This document shows, one piece after another, positions 52,011-64,000 of a DNA stretch of 64,000 nucleotides. The stretch comes from Dipteris shenzhenensis (taxonomy: Eukaryota): assembly GCA_047967505.1 (NCBI GenBank), contig CM106538.1; one strand, written 5' to 3'. The notes beneath the pieces were generated by a model, which made no database searches, was not told where the DNA came from, and saw only the letters and a program-made list of their open reading frames with translations. Within the stretch, counting starts at the first letter, position 1. Each line of letters starts with the position of its first letter. The position numbers and the translations under genes were made by a program.

Positions 52011-52695
52011 GCATATATGATGTTGTTTTTGTATATATGCATGAGGAGCATATTCTCATGATGTTTATTCCATGAATATTATGGTTGACATTTATTTGTT
52101 GCAATGTATGAATCATGATGTTGTTTTTGTTCATTATACACCAATTTGTGACTTATTACTAAGTGGCATTTAGTCTTGATATTTATATATTTATTTCATG
52201 CACACAATTTTATGATATGAATGTGTGATGATGTGATTATTTGGAAATATAACCTTGTGTGATGATGTGATTATTTGGAAATAAATGTGTGATGAGAACA
52301 TAATAATTATTTGTAATATATTTCACTCCAAAGTATCAATTCCCAATGCTCCATTCACTTAAAGTACAGCATTCCCAATGCTCTGCAAGATTTTGTTCAG
52401 TTGGACAGTCTCCACTCACTTAAAGTAGAGCATTCCCAAATGATTCACTCACTTTATTCCAACCCTTATCCTTATCATAGTGAACACATCGTGCCTTAGT
52501 GCACTTGTATTCGTCCATCCTAGTCCTTCCACAAACACTCTTATTTCTTACATCCTAGTCCTTCTCATTAACTTGTATTCGTCTTTCACTTTACATCTTC
52601 CCTCACTTTCTATCACTCTTGAAGGAGGGGCGGCTCACTGTGCATCCCTCGCTATTGCTCCCTCACTCTCCTTCTCCCACTTTCCCTCTAAGACA

Positions 52696-55600
52696 ATGAC
52701 TAGTTACTACACAACTTCATTTACTAAACTCAAATTCTGTCTTAGATCCCTTTTGTATGGACCAATGAAGGGAAAATCATTTGAGGAGGATATGTTATGC
52801 ACATGGCTGCTTGATTTGAACTCAGCAGAAGAGGTTGTTGAGAGATATGGTGCCATGAGCACATAGATTAATGGGCTAAGGTATGGTATAGGAAAGAATT
52901 AAAGTAGCCACCCTAAGATGTGGACTACATGATGTGGAGATGTGGATTGAGGATATCCACAAGGAGAGATGTGGATGAGAGGATCCCACATGGTTTGACT
53001 ATTCTAAAGGCTCTCTCTATATAAGAAGCCTATCATGTATTGTTGAGTACAAGGAGAAATGCACATTCACTCAAGCTTCTGTTTATGAGTCCAAGTTAAT
53101 CTATCTTGGAACCTAATTGACTTGAGGTACATGTCATGAGCACTCTCTTCATCATGTTTACACACAGGTTCCATCCACCTTAGAGCGCTCCATAAATCGT
53201 GAGGCACGCATGTTTTCTCATGGTATCAGAGCTTAGGTCTAGTCTTCTAGATTAGTTGTAGGCATGACTTAGGAGATCACGTTTTCTCCAAGATTAGTTT
53301 TAGCTTTATATTGAGAGGTCTCTTCTACTTGGAGAAATTTTTCATTAGAGATTTTAAGTTAGTCTCATTTCCATCTACTCTTCTTTATTTCGTGTGAGAG
53401 AGAGAGAATTGAGTTGCGAAAGAGTAGTGCTTCTCTAAGCTAGTAGAGAGGAAGAACATTGTGAATAGCTCACAATTGATGTGGAAGATAGCTAAAGTAG
53501 CTGCGCAAATAGTAGGAGGACTCATTGAAAGTTGGAGTGGCTAACCACTTGTGAAAAAAAAAAACCGAACTGAGGCTGCAGTAGAAGCCTCCAAGAAGTA
53601 GAAGCTTGAAGAGAAGATCATAAGAGGGAGCCGCCAGAAGTCAAGAAAGCTTCGACACTCTTCAATATAGCTAATACCAGTGACTACCAAGCAGCAACAT
53701 ACATAATAGTAACGAGCTCCTCGACGAGCGGCTCAGTGGCCTCTACAACACAAGTGACACAAAGGCTCCAACAGCGCTGGACCAGAGTCACCCGGGTGAG
53801 ATGCTACAACGACCTCATGCTCGCATCGCCTTAGCCATCGACAACTCTAACAAGTTCTACTCAGACTCGGCCGGTGCAAAGCATACGAGACAATCATCAG
53901 CCATCCACGAGTAGCGCATCCTCGACCTTCCAGCAACGCTCGACCCTATGTCCTTCAACAACCTCAAAGCAGTCTCCCGCATCAATCGACTCCATGTCTC
54001 CCACAAGCGACTGAGCACCGGCTCCGCTCTTGCAACACCATCGACTCTGGTAGCAGAAACAAATTCTCTGCACATCTTCATCAGCAGACAGCCTCACACC
54101 CTCTCCAAAGGCCTTGACAAACCCAGCCGCTGCCTGCGACTCCTTGCAAAAGCACCGCCTCCTCCATGAGCTAACAGCCCATGACAGAGCAAAGCTCCCA
54201 GACTAGAAATCGATCCCTGTGTGTCTCCAGCGGGATGACTTCAAACAACCACAACTGTCTCGACCGACCAGCTCTGTAGCATCCTCATCGTCGCCACGCT
54301 CGATGACCTCACAGGCTTCAAGGATCTCTACCAAAAGACACGTGGCAGATAATAACTAACCAGGGTTAGTTAGAAGCACCCTTGGTTAAATGTGGAGTCA
54401 TCAGGGTTAGTTCAACCTTGGTCAAGTAACTGTGGTAAAGATGAACCATGGTTAGGTTTAGGATAAGGATTGGTTAATATGCCACATCATCTACAGTGCC
54501 ACCTAAGCACAGTTTGTAAGCAGCATGTGAATCCCTATGCCACATCATCGAGGCCCCCTCTTTTTCACAGAATCTTTGACAAGCCGTAACTTGCAATCCA
54601 AGAAGAATTTGGACACGCTCCAAAAAGGAAAAGTGATCGTCTTTTCAAGCTCTACGCGCCTGTCAGATCAGAATCATTGTATGCAATTAGACACTGCCAA
54701 TATTGAAAGAAATCAATTGGTAAGACCTTTGCAACAAATGGAAAAGCAAAGCATGAATGCACACATCATTGTCATAAGCATGCCAAAAGCACAAGTGCAT
54801 GAGATGACCATAGCAGAAAGCATGGCATCCACACATAAAGCATCAAGGCACATGGAAGAACAAAGCATCATGCATGAAGCTACATCGAGTAAAGATGCAA
54901 ACGCCATCGACATGAAGCATTGAAAAGCAAAAACCTTGCCAACCTTGCCTATATTTTTTGTAAATCAAACCTGACCACCTGAGAGTAGCTATGAAAGCAC
55001 CCAGGGGAGGTATTGACATGTAAAAACCACACTTGACCACCTTAAGTAGCAATGTATGCACTAAGGGGAGGTGATGGATTTGTAACTCACGTCTGACCAC
55101 CTTGCAGTAGCCAAAGGATCATGGCACCAAGGGGAGGTGTTGAGAGATATGGTGCCATGAGCACATAGATTAATGGGCTAAGGTATGGTATAGGAAAGAA
55201 TTAAAGTAGCCACCCTAAGATGTGGACTACATGATGTGGAGATGTGGATTGAGGATATCCACAAGGAGAGATGTGGATGAGAGGATCCCACATGGTTTGA
55301 CTATTCTAAAGGCTCTCTCTATATAAGAAGCCTATCATGTATTGTTGAGTACAAGGAGAAATGCACATTCACTCAAGCTTCTGTTTATGAGTCCAAGTTA
55401 ATCTATCTTGGAACCTAATTGACTTGAGGTACATGTCATGAGCACTCTCTTCATCATGTTTACACACAGGTTCCATCCACCTTAGAGCGCTCCATAAATC
55501 GTGAGGCACGCATGTTTTCTCAGAGGTGAATATCCCTAGCTTTCTTTTTTGCTTCTTTTTATCACGTACTTCTTATGCTAACGAGTTAAATTTTCATACA

Positions 55601-55844
55601 AGATATGGCGGTGGCCAGAAGCTGTATTGAAAAAAATGGTGAAGATGAGGAAAGCCAAGAGAGAAAAGAGGAGTTGTTGAATGCTTACAAGTCAGTGGAA
55701 GATTCGAAACAGGTTGTGAGGAGAGTCTGTGAGGAGATTTGCGATGCCAGCCCTGGTTACACATGGCCTGCAGATTTAAAGTTTGCTTGTTTTCATGAAG
55801 CCAATGCCATAGTAGGCACTTTCGAGGACATATGCTCTCTCTAA
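52696..55844 (+). pseudogene. Possible small two-exon cargo gene (52696-52833 and ~55602-55844) disrupted by the LTR element
   Basis: Removing the LTR element gives ...NSAEE|GTGAAT, a short T-rich intron, then DMAVARSCIEK... The acceptor appears mutated and no homology was recognised. Confidence 0.35.
52836..55522 (+). mobile_element. Non-autonomous LTR retroelement (2687 bp; TRIM/LARD-like)
   Basis: 385-bp TG...CA LTRs (52836-53220, 55138-55522) that look identical. GAGGT TSD at 52831-52835 and 55523-55527, tRNA-Met PBS at 53221, PPT AAGGGGAGG before 55138. No gag/pol motif recognised inside. Confidence 0.95.
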
Positions 55845-56351
55845 TGACATAATAGTCAAGTGATGGAAATTTAATTCCATAGAGACTTATGTGTTTTCTA
55901 AAGTAACTGTAATAGACAAGAAATGAAACTACAGTTCCACAAAGACTTTTTAGTTTTGTAATGTAAAGTTGTAATAGACAAGAGAGACCAAGATGAGATC
56001 TTCTAGGCTGAGCTAATGGAAGGTGTTTTTTGACACCATATGGCTTTGAGTTATATGATCTACTTCTTGTACAAATGTGTCATGCCTTTTTTTAAATGTA
56101 CTCTAGTTTTAATAACATGTCACGCCATTTTTTCTAATTTGATTTTTTAAAATCTTACTTTTTGTCTCTTTTAACAACGTGATGTCCTCTTTTTTTAATG
56201 TACTCTAGTTTTAATAACATGTCACATCATTTTTTCTAATTTGATTTTTTAAAATCTTCCTTTTTTACTCAAAGTTTTGTTTTAAAAGAGCCTCTTTTTT
56301 TAAAATGCTTTATCCAAAATTATCTCACAAAATGAATTTGGACAGTGCACC

Positions 56352-56377
56352 AGTCCAAAATTAATAAAATAGGTGTT
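56352..56377. repeat. Right TIR of copy B
   Basis: AGTCCAAAATTAATAAAATAGGTGTT, followed by ATTA. Confidence 0.92.
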
Positions 56378-56381
56378 ATTA

Positions 56382-57000
56382 AGACACAATGCAACTAAGG
56401 CATTCCCAAAGAGCATTGCTATCATCCAAATAAATGTGGATACAAAGCCTAAGTTATCGAGAAACATGAGGCTAAAATCTCATCTTATGCGGTCATAAGC
56501 CTTATCGAGGTCTAGCCCAAACAGGATGCAGCTTTGCCCCATAGTTGAAGCATAATGAGAGCATAATTCAGAAGCAAATTAATATTCAGAATATTGAAAA
56601 AACTCTAACGGCCCTTGACAAAGCCAGCTTTCTCTCTATCAATGATTTTCATACAAATCTCCTGGATTCTAAGGGCAAGTGACTTAGCAATTATCTTATA
56701 CGAAGAATTAAGCATGGTGATGGGACGCCAATCCCCCACCTGCAAATGACTTTGTCTTTTTGGAAATAGTTTTATAAGACCTAGTATATTGACATCTAAG
56801 GAGAGGGCTCCCTTCATCACTAAAGCATTAGCCATTGCCACAAGGTCCTTCCCCAAAACTTCCCAAAAACTGAAGTAAACTCAGTTTTGAGGCCATCAGT
56901 ACTCGAAGCTTTCAGTATCTCCTAAGGCCTTTCGCCACAATTCATCTTATGTATCATGGGAACCCAGTGAATCTGTCAAATGATTGAAGAAAGTTTGTAA
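56382..57000 (-). mobile_element. L1-like LINE, RT N-terminal part (continues at 20379)
   Basis: Minus-strand WRPITMLNSSYKIIAK, GFVKGR, LDLDKAYDR...GNALVALCL. Confidence 0.9.
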
Positions 57001-57382
57001 TACTATTGCAGATTGTTTCTCCTTAAAGAATCTCTCAAATTTAGGAGAAATTTGGTTGTTTTGAAAAACTATGCATTGATTTACAATAGCAATTTATCAA
57101 AAGGCTAAAATATACAATATTTTAGGTTCTTGAAAAATTTTATTACATAGAATCTACAATACTAAAACTACACACTCCAACTTCTCATTTTGGGATGCAA
57201 GGAAACTATAATGAAAATGTATGTAATTTAATACATTAAAAGATATTAGAACACATGAGCAAATGAAACATTATTGATTTTTTTCACTCCTTTTATTGAA
57301 TTGGCTCTAGTGCTTGTACATACATATAATTTATCTTTAAATTTCTTGTAATTTGAATTTAATTGGCATTATTGCTTTTACA

Positions 57383-57624
57383 CTCGGGGGGGTCACTATG
57401 TATAAACCCTCTATATCGCGTGCGTTCAAGGCTTATTTTTAAAATCCCTTATCTATACATTTTTCGTTAATAAAATGTACCCCTTTTCTACACAAATCTG
57501 TAAATTTTTTCCAAAACTATTTTAAATAGTCCCTTATGTATATTTATTTCTGTAAATTTTAGAAATAAAAAAATATGCTCTGGTTGAACTCACGTGATAG
57601 GGTTACATATGTGAGCCCCCCGAG
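57383..57624. mobile_element. MITE (242 bp) with GC-rich TIRs
   Basis: CTCGGGGGGGTCAC...GTGAGCCCCCCGAG, extending imperfectly to ~45 bp. Flanks CTTTTACA/CTGTTACA form a 7/8 TSD. Confidence 0.8.
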
Positions 57625-58484
57625 CTGTTACATGCACACATGATGCCTTAATTTATGAAATGATCATGGTTGAAATCATGAAGATCATAAGATAAGTGCA
57701 GCAATTCAAATTTTAGCTCCATACTCTAAAAGATAAGGAATGAAACTCTTATATACATCATAACTTATATCTGTCATTTAAGTTTGTAAAATTTGGAATT
57801 ACTAAATATTACATGTTTGTGACATCAAGGATACCTTGGCTTATTCATGCTCAAGACACAAACAAAGTACTTCTCTTGACATAGAAGAGATATGCAACAT
57901 ATTGCAAATGCTTTGGGCAACATTTACAATTACCCAAAAATTTTGCACTTTTACAAGATAAGAACCAAAATCTAAAGCATAAGAAAAAAAACAACATTGA
58001 ACATATAACATGAAGCTTTAAATCTATCTCATTCAATTCCTGGTAAGTATACTTCAATCTCCTTATGTCACATAAGTATTCAATACAAAAATAAATTGCA
58101 TATGACACAAGCTAATTGCTTTTTACATCATGCTTTAAACATGATGATAAATTAATATGTATAAACTACCATGTAACAAAAACAATGTTTGCAAGTTTTC
58201 ACATGATTCAATAAATTAACTTGAATTTTAATATACTATATAAATTAGATGGAGATTTAAAGCACTTAAAATTGGACTTTTGAAAGAGCTAAAGCATGAA
58301 GAAAAAGAGTTCATGCAAAAGTAGCATCTTGTAAAGCTGCTTTGAGACATTACAATCAATAATAACTGCTCAAAGCATGTTTATTACAATAACAACTTCA
58401 AAAAAGGAACTATATCAAATATTTGATCAAACTTAAACATCCAAAGGTTGGTCATGTTGTTCTTTGGATACATCATATTTAAAA

Positions 58485-59820
58485 GGCAAACATCAAGTGA
58501 AAGCTTCAATTCATGTTTTTCATCAAGTTGAATCTTTAATTCGATGTTTTGCATCAAGTTGAAGATTCAATTCTATGATTTGCATTGAATTGGAACTTCA
58601 ACTTATGCAAAACATCAAATTAAGGCATAAACTTGATGTACATCATCAAGTTGGTTTAATTTGATGATTTGCATCAAGTTGAAGCCTAGAGTTGCTGTAA
58701 AACATTGAAGTTGATGATTGACATCAAGCTAAAGCCTAAAGTTGATGTCTAAGGTCAAGTTCAAGCATAAAATTAGTATTAAATTTTACTTTTTGTATCA
58801 ACTTTTGATTTACAAGAAAATGTACCGAATGTCTATGGTTACATTGTAGTCAAACTAGTTGCGTAGCCAGGGGGTGTAAACAGCGGGTGGAGGGGTGCAT
58901 CAAGGAGTTGCACAGCATCATAGCCAGGGGGCATAGGGGGTAGCGGCATAGGGGGCACAATGACAAGTAGAGGCACAGGGGTATAGGGGCAAAGTGGGCA
59001 TAGGGGTGAGTAGGGTTGTAGAGGTGCAAGGCAAATCGAGACACAAGGCTTCGATTTGTTGCATCCAGTTGAAGCTTCAACTCGATGCAAAACATCAAAT
59101 TGGAACTTAAACTTAATGTAAAACATCAAGTTGAAGGTTCAATTTGATGTTTTGCATCAAGTTGAAACCTTGAATTCATGTAAAAACATCATAATTTTGA
59201 AGCTTTAACTTGATGCAAAACATCAAATTGAAGTCAGACTTGATGTAAAACATCGAATTAAAGGTTCAATTTGATGTTTTGCATCAAGTTAATGCCTAGA
59301 CTTGATTGAATTGATGTTTAACATCAAATTAAAGCTTAAATTGGATGTCCAAACTCAAGTTCAACCATGAACATAATATTCAATTGTAATTTTTGTTTTA
59401 TGATTTGAATTCCAAAGAGATATTATATGTTTTCCATGCTTATATTGTAATAAAACCCTAATCAAACTAGTGGCACAGCCCAGGGGTGTAACCACGAGGT
59501 GGAGGGATGTAGGTAGGTAGTGATCAAGGGTGTAGCTAGGGGACATAGGGATTATGGGTGCAGGAGACATAGGATGATCAGGGCCCTAGGGACACAGGGC
59601 AAGTAGGGGCACAAGGGCATAGTGGGCATAGGGACACAAGGGGCAGGGGCAAGTAGGCACGGTGAGAAGGGGCTAGCATAGGTACAACAAGAGAATGAAA
59701 CAAATAAGAGGGGACGGGCATCATATTCACAAAAGGGATGGGATGGCATAGCTAGGGGTGAGGGGGATCATGGTGTAGCCAAGAGGAGCATTAAGATGGA
59801 CAAGGGGATGGCAAACAACT
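58485..59820. repeat. Array of short palindromic CATCAAGTTGAA/TTCAACTTGATG motifs alternating with G-rich GGGGCATA blocks
   Basis: Many head-to-head copies at 58485-58800 and 59050-59365. G-rich blocks at ~58850-59035 and ~59460-59810 share an AAACTAGT.GC..AGCC.GGGGTGTAA start. Confidence 0.75.
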
Positions 59821-59949
59821 CTCTTTAATTAAACGAGTGTGAAAGTACTTTATTTTTCACTTTTCCATCAAGTTAACCTCCAACTCGATGCAAAAGTGAA
59901 AAATAAACACCTCGATTTTCATTTGAGGACATATCCTAACATCTTGAAA

Positions 59950-60480
59950 TTGGAAATCATAATTTCAACCTAAAAGATCATGGATTGAGATTTTAACCTC
60001 TTCTACAAAGTTGTAGATAGAATTCAAGATTTCTAATGCATCAGAAAGATCCCCAATGTGAATTTGGGAGAAAAAGTTATGATCAAAATAGTGACTGCTA
60101 CCGTTTTTTGGAAGAGGAGGCTCAGATTGCGTAAATCAAAATTTCAGTCTAATTGATCATGGACTTAGATTTCGACCTTTTCTACAAAGTTGTAAATAGA
60201 AATTCAATATTTCTAATGCATCAAAAATATTTTCAATCTAAGTTTGGGATAAAAAGTTATGAGCAAAATAGTGTCTTCTTCTTTTTTCTCAAAGAGGGCA
60301 CTTAGATTGCATAAATCAAAGTTCATTCTAATAGATCATGGGTCCAGATTTTGACCTCTTATACAAAGTTGTAGAGACAAATTGAAGATTTCCAACCCAT
60401 CAAAAAACTCCTCAATCAAAGTTTGGTATCAAAAGTTATGATCAAAATAGTGACTGTTGCTTTTTTCTTGGAAGAGGTGA
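59950..60480 (+). repeat. Three tandem ~179-bp units
   Basis: GATCATGG...TACAAAGTTGTA...AAAAGTTATGA.CAAAATAGTG occurs three times at ~179-bp spacing. Confidence 0.88.
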
Positions 60481-60799
60481 CTTGTAGTGTCAATGCAAAA
60501 CATCGAGATAGAGGATAACCTTACTCGTAGGAACTAGTTCCCCAAGTCATTATAAGCACATCTAGTATTCTTTGAAGCATATCATTTGATAGAAGTTCAA
60601 TCTTGAAGTCGATGTCAAATATTGTGTGCAAACTTTAACTAAATGTCAAACATCGAGTTGAAGATTTGACTTGATGTTGGACATCACCTTTAAGCTTGTA
60701 GTCAATTTCTTGCATCGAGTTCAAGATTCAACTCCTTCAAGAATGTCAAATTTAACTCCTAAAAGTTCTTAACTTGATGTATGGCATTTATTTAAATAT

Positions 60800-63240
60800 T
60801 ATTATTATTATCATAGAGGAATTCCACTTCATCTGGGGATGAAACCAATGCAACCAATCATAATGATGGCCCTAAGACAACATAGCAACATATATATTAG
60901 TAGTGGACACACTAAGTGAGGCCCTAGGATAGTCCTTGATCTTGACTAAGTCTTGAACCTTCCATAAGAAGGTTCATGTACCATAATTGAAGATTCCATA
61001 GTTCATAAAACCATACCCTGGTTTTATCCCTTTGCTCCCATAAGAAAGATTCATGTACCATAGCTGTTATAGCTAGATCCCATCTCCAGCAAGGGTCCTA
61101 GGTCTGTGCAATAGCTCGAGATCATGTGTGTTGTATACATGCATAAAATGCAAGTGAGGAAAGATACTTATTCTTAAACTTGAGCAGAACATCATGGGAT
61201 CGACACACAGCTAGTGGCAGACAGAAATTCTGAAGCATAGGAATATGATCAGATAAACAAGACTTACTTAGATATTCTCCTTTTAGAGTCCGGTTCATCC
61301 ACCACCCCTCACTAGATGCATAAAGTATGTCCAGCCTCCCTACCTTGAATGCCTCGCCCTTTCTTTTATTATTTAAGGAAAATCCATCCAACCTGATTGG
61401 GTCAGGTTCCAGGCAATCAACTAGCTCGAGTTGAAGGCATAGCGCCTCCCACTTCTTAAGCTCATTAGAATGAATGACCTTGGATGGATGAGACCGATCT
61501 TCACAATCCTCTGTGAAGTTCCGATCGCCAACAAATAGCCAATTATCATCAGAAATAAGAGAGATTAATGACATCCAACGATTCGCTGCTGGTAACTCAA
61601 TAAAGTTTGGGACATAGACACTTAGAACATTGAAATGGAATCCCTCTATAGTGACTCTAACAGCTAAGTAGCATCCCTCATTATGCCGAAACACTCCTTA
61701 TCCAATAAATAGTTCTTCCCAAGGACTGCCAAGCTGCCCTTACCCCTAGATGGGCAATTAGAGAATACAATATATCCAAGAGAAGCTACTAAGAACAAAA
61801 AAGGATCACACTCACCGCATTTCAGTTCTTGCAGCATTACCACATCCGCTTTGATCTTGGCTAAGAGTGAAAGGCATCCCTTCTGCTTTAGGCTATTAGC
61901 AACATCCCCTCAAGTTCCATGAGAGAACCTTCACCATCTTCAAGTCCATACTTCTATTGAGTCGAGCTGGTTTGCTGATTAGACAATGCTCTGTAGGCAG
62001 CATGACCACTTTTGACTTTCCCTTTTTACCAACAACCATCCTCTAGGTTGTGCCCTCTGTGTGACTTGCGGATTCCATCTCCTTATCTTGGATGTTGCTG
62101 GCAAACTCCCATTCCATCTTCTGGCTAGGGTCGTTGGACTGATCCGTTGGAGATGCCAAGCTATTTTCTCACTTATCACTTGCTACCAACTAGGTATTGA
62201 TAGCCTTCTTTGGGTAGTTCCTTGCCTCTTTCTTGCATAATGGGTTGTCACATAACCATAGCAAGAGTTGGGGATGACCCCAAACCTAACTTGATGCACA
62301 AAGACATAGTAGGAGTTGAGGACGACCCCAAACCTAACTTGATGCACAAAGGGCACACCATTGGCCTTTTTGATCTAGACAAAGTTAGGAGTGTCTTGGA
62401 TCCTATCCCATAGGATGCAAGCATCTTCGGGGGTGGAGGAACAAGGAGAACCCTTCCCAAGGTTGATGCAATGCCCTCCATTGAGTCACCTAGAATCATA
62501 CGTAAATTCGAGAAATCAATCCACACAGGGCACTCTCTGTAAAGAAATTCATCGATGCTGAATGTAGGTCTCCACAGGAAAACCAACATTGTCATGCTTG
62601 CAAATACATAGGAGTGAGGGGCCAACTCATTCCTAAGCTTCTCTGAGACTAGCCGAAGCAAGAAGAAGCCTTTTCCAAGAAACTTGGCGGAGAAGGAAAT
62701 AGAGGTATTATCGCATATGTAAAGAAGAAAATCCTCCATTTCGTCCATTGAAGGAATTTTCTCGATAAAGTTTAGAGATATAGACCTCCATTTGCTAGTA
62801 TACTGAGCTCTAGCTTGACATTAGCCAAATCCGGCTTGGAAGACACTACATGCTTCTTGCCCACCTCAAACCAGGGTTTGTTTGCGACTTACCTCACTCT
62901 CCTGTTTGCGTAAGTGTGCATCAGCTTGGTTACCAGATCATCATCAAGTTCAGAGAATCCCCCTTGCATCCTTTTGGCCACTGTCTCAACATACGATGTG
63001 TGATGCAAATCATCCTCTTTATGAGTGGCACGATTCAACTCAAAGGATTCAAGTCAGAGCCTTCATTGTGGGGGTCCTCTTTCACCCCACATTCCAAGGC
63101 AACCTCTTTCTCTTTAGACATTTCTGCACATGCTTTGGCCTCGTTTACTGACTCAGCCCATCTTGGGTGCTTGGCCCAAGATCTCTCACACAACTTAGGT
63201 GGAGAAGTGACATACGAAATGCTCATGCACTAATGAGGGA
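60800..63240 (-). mobile_element. L1-like LINE 5' part: ORF1 (DUF4283-like) and APE endonuclease of ORF2, degenerate
   Basis: ORF1-like FLGKGFFLLRL...FLWRPTF...PVWIDF (62248-62748). Endonuclease MVKVLSWNLRG (~61935), VVMLQE, FVGDRN, RLD, SDHIP. Confidence 0.88.
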
Positions 63241-63752
63241 AAAGATCCTTCTTGATAGCATATAATGTTTTGGCTACAAACCCCCTCCCTATTTGGATGG
63301 TGTAGTTGGTGACCATCTTTTCTTAAAAGGATCAAAAAGAGGGGTATTCAACACCCTTAAGTGACATAATAAACCGAAGTTGAAAATTTTATTAGAGTAA
63401 ATTGAATGATGTGTTAGAATAAATAAATTGAATATGGTGTTAGAACAAATATAAACCTATGTTTTTGTTTTTTCAATGAGACCTTACAAAAAATTAGGTG
63501 ACAACAATAGAGATAATTAAATACTTTTATAATAAAAAGAAGAAATTAGAAGGAGATTGAAAAAGTAAAGCGTAAAAAAGGAAAAAAATTATACATTAAT
63601 TAATTATTAATACATCATGTATTTTCGGGCCAAACCAACATAAGTTAACTAATCTCGCAATTGATATACATAGGGGATAATATTAGTTACATAAGGGACA
63701 ATATATAAGTTAAATCACCCAATTGATATGCATAAGAGACAAGTAAATAAAT

Positions 63753-63754
<2 letters not shown>

Positions 63755-63787
<33 letters not shown>
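63755..63787. repeat. (AT)n microsatellite
   Basis: Seen directly. Confidence 0.95.
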
Positions 63788-63789
<2 letters not shown>

Positions 63790-64000
63790 TAAAAAGAATA
63801 GGAATTTAAAAATGTATTTATTAGTAGAAGAACAACATTACAGTTTGGTCCCACAAAGAGGACGTTCGACCGCCACTGAAGAATGCATGTAAGAAGACAT
63901 TTGAACACCACTTGTGAAGGGTATGAAAGCATTAGATTTCATTTGAAGGTAGTGGGAAGTGCATTGGGAGATGTTGGGGAGGGGGGGGTTGGTAGTTCCA

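Larger units (their letters stand above)
20380..56377 (-). mobile_element. Giant (~36.0 kb) TIR DNA transposon, copy B, with both ends present; strand given is that of its transposase
   Basis: 26-bp TIRs with 1 mismatch (20380-20405, 56352-56377). ATTA TSD at 20376-20379 and 56378-56381. Removing the element restores LINE RT sequence TGT CTT AAT GGA (CLNG) on the minus strand. Confidence 0.88.

Noticed and set aside
53857-55100. ORFs inside the non-autonomous LTR element
   Set aside because: Short, with no gag, protease, integrase or RT motifs recognised.
20382-56375. CACTA-type reading of the termini (CACC...GGTG)
   Set aside because: With those ends there is no flanking direct duplication. 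AACACC...GGTGTT is shared by all three termini and gives the ATTA TSD that restores the LINE.

Overview
Repeat-rich land-plant nuclear DNA with one clear host gene, a 3-exon TAPETUM DETERMINANT 1-like gene (16238-17551, +). The main structure is a ~36 kb TIR-bounded DNA transposon (20380-56377). It has 26-bp TIRs (AACACCTATTTwATTAATTTTGGACT) and a 4-bp ATTA target-site duplication, and it splits an L1-type LINE exactly inside its RT coding sequence. It contains a decayed DUF7869/Sola-like DDE transposase, a ~7 kb array of ~182-bp higher-order satellite, ~5 kb of GA-rich polypurine DNA, a large decayed gene with an IDGQH (possibly ParB/DGQHR-like) motif, and three tandem Ulp1/C48-like protease modules. 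Nested inside it are a near-intact Copia element, a non-coding LTR element and a hAT MITE. A second copy of the same family (satellite, transposase, same TIR) enters from the left edge in opposite orientation and ends at 10812, so the two copies bracket the TPD1-like locus. All calls were made by eye; no database search was run.
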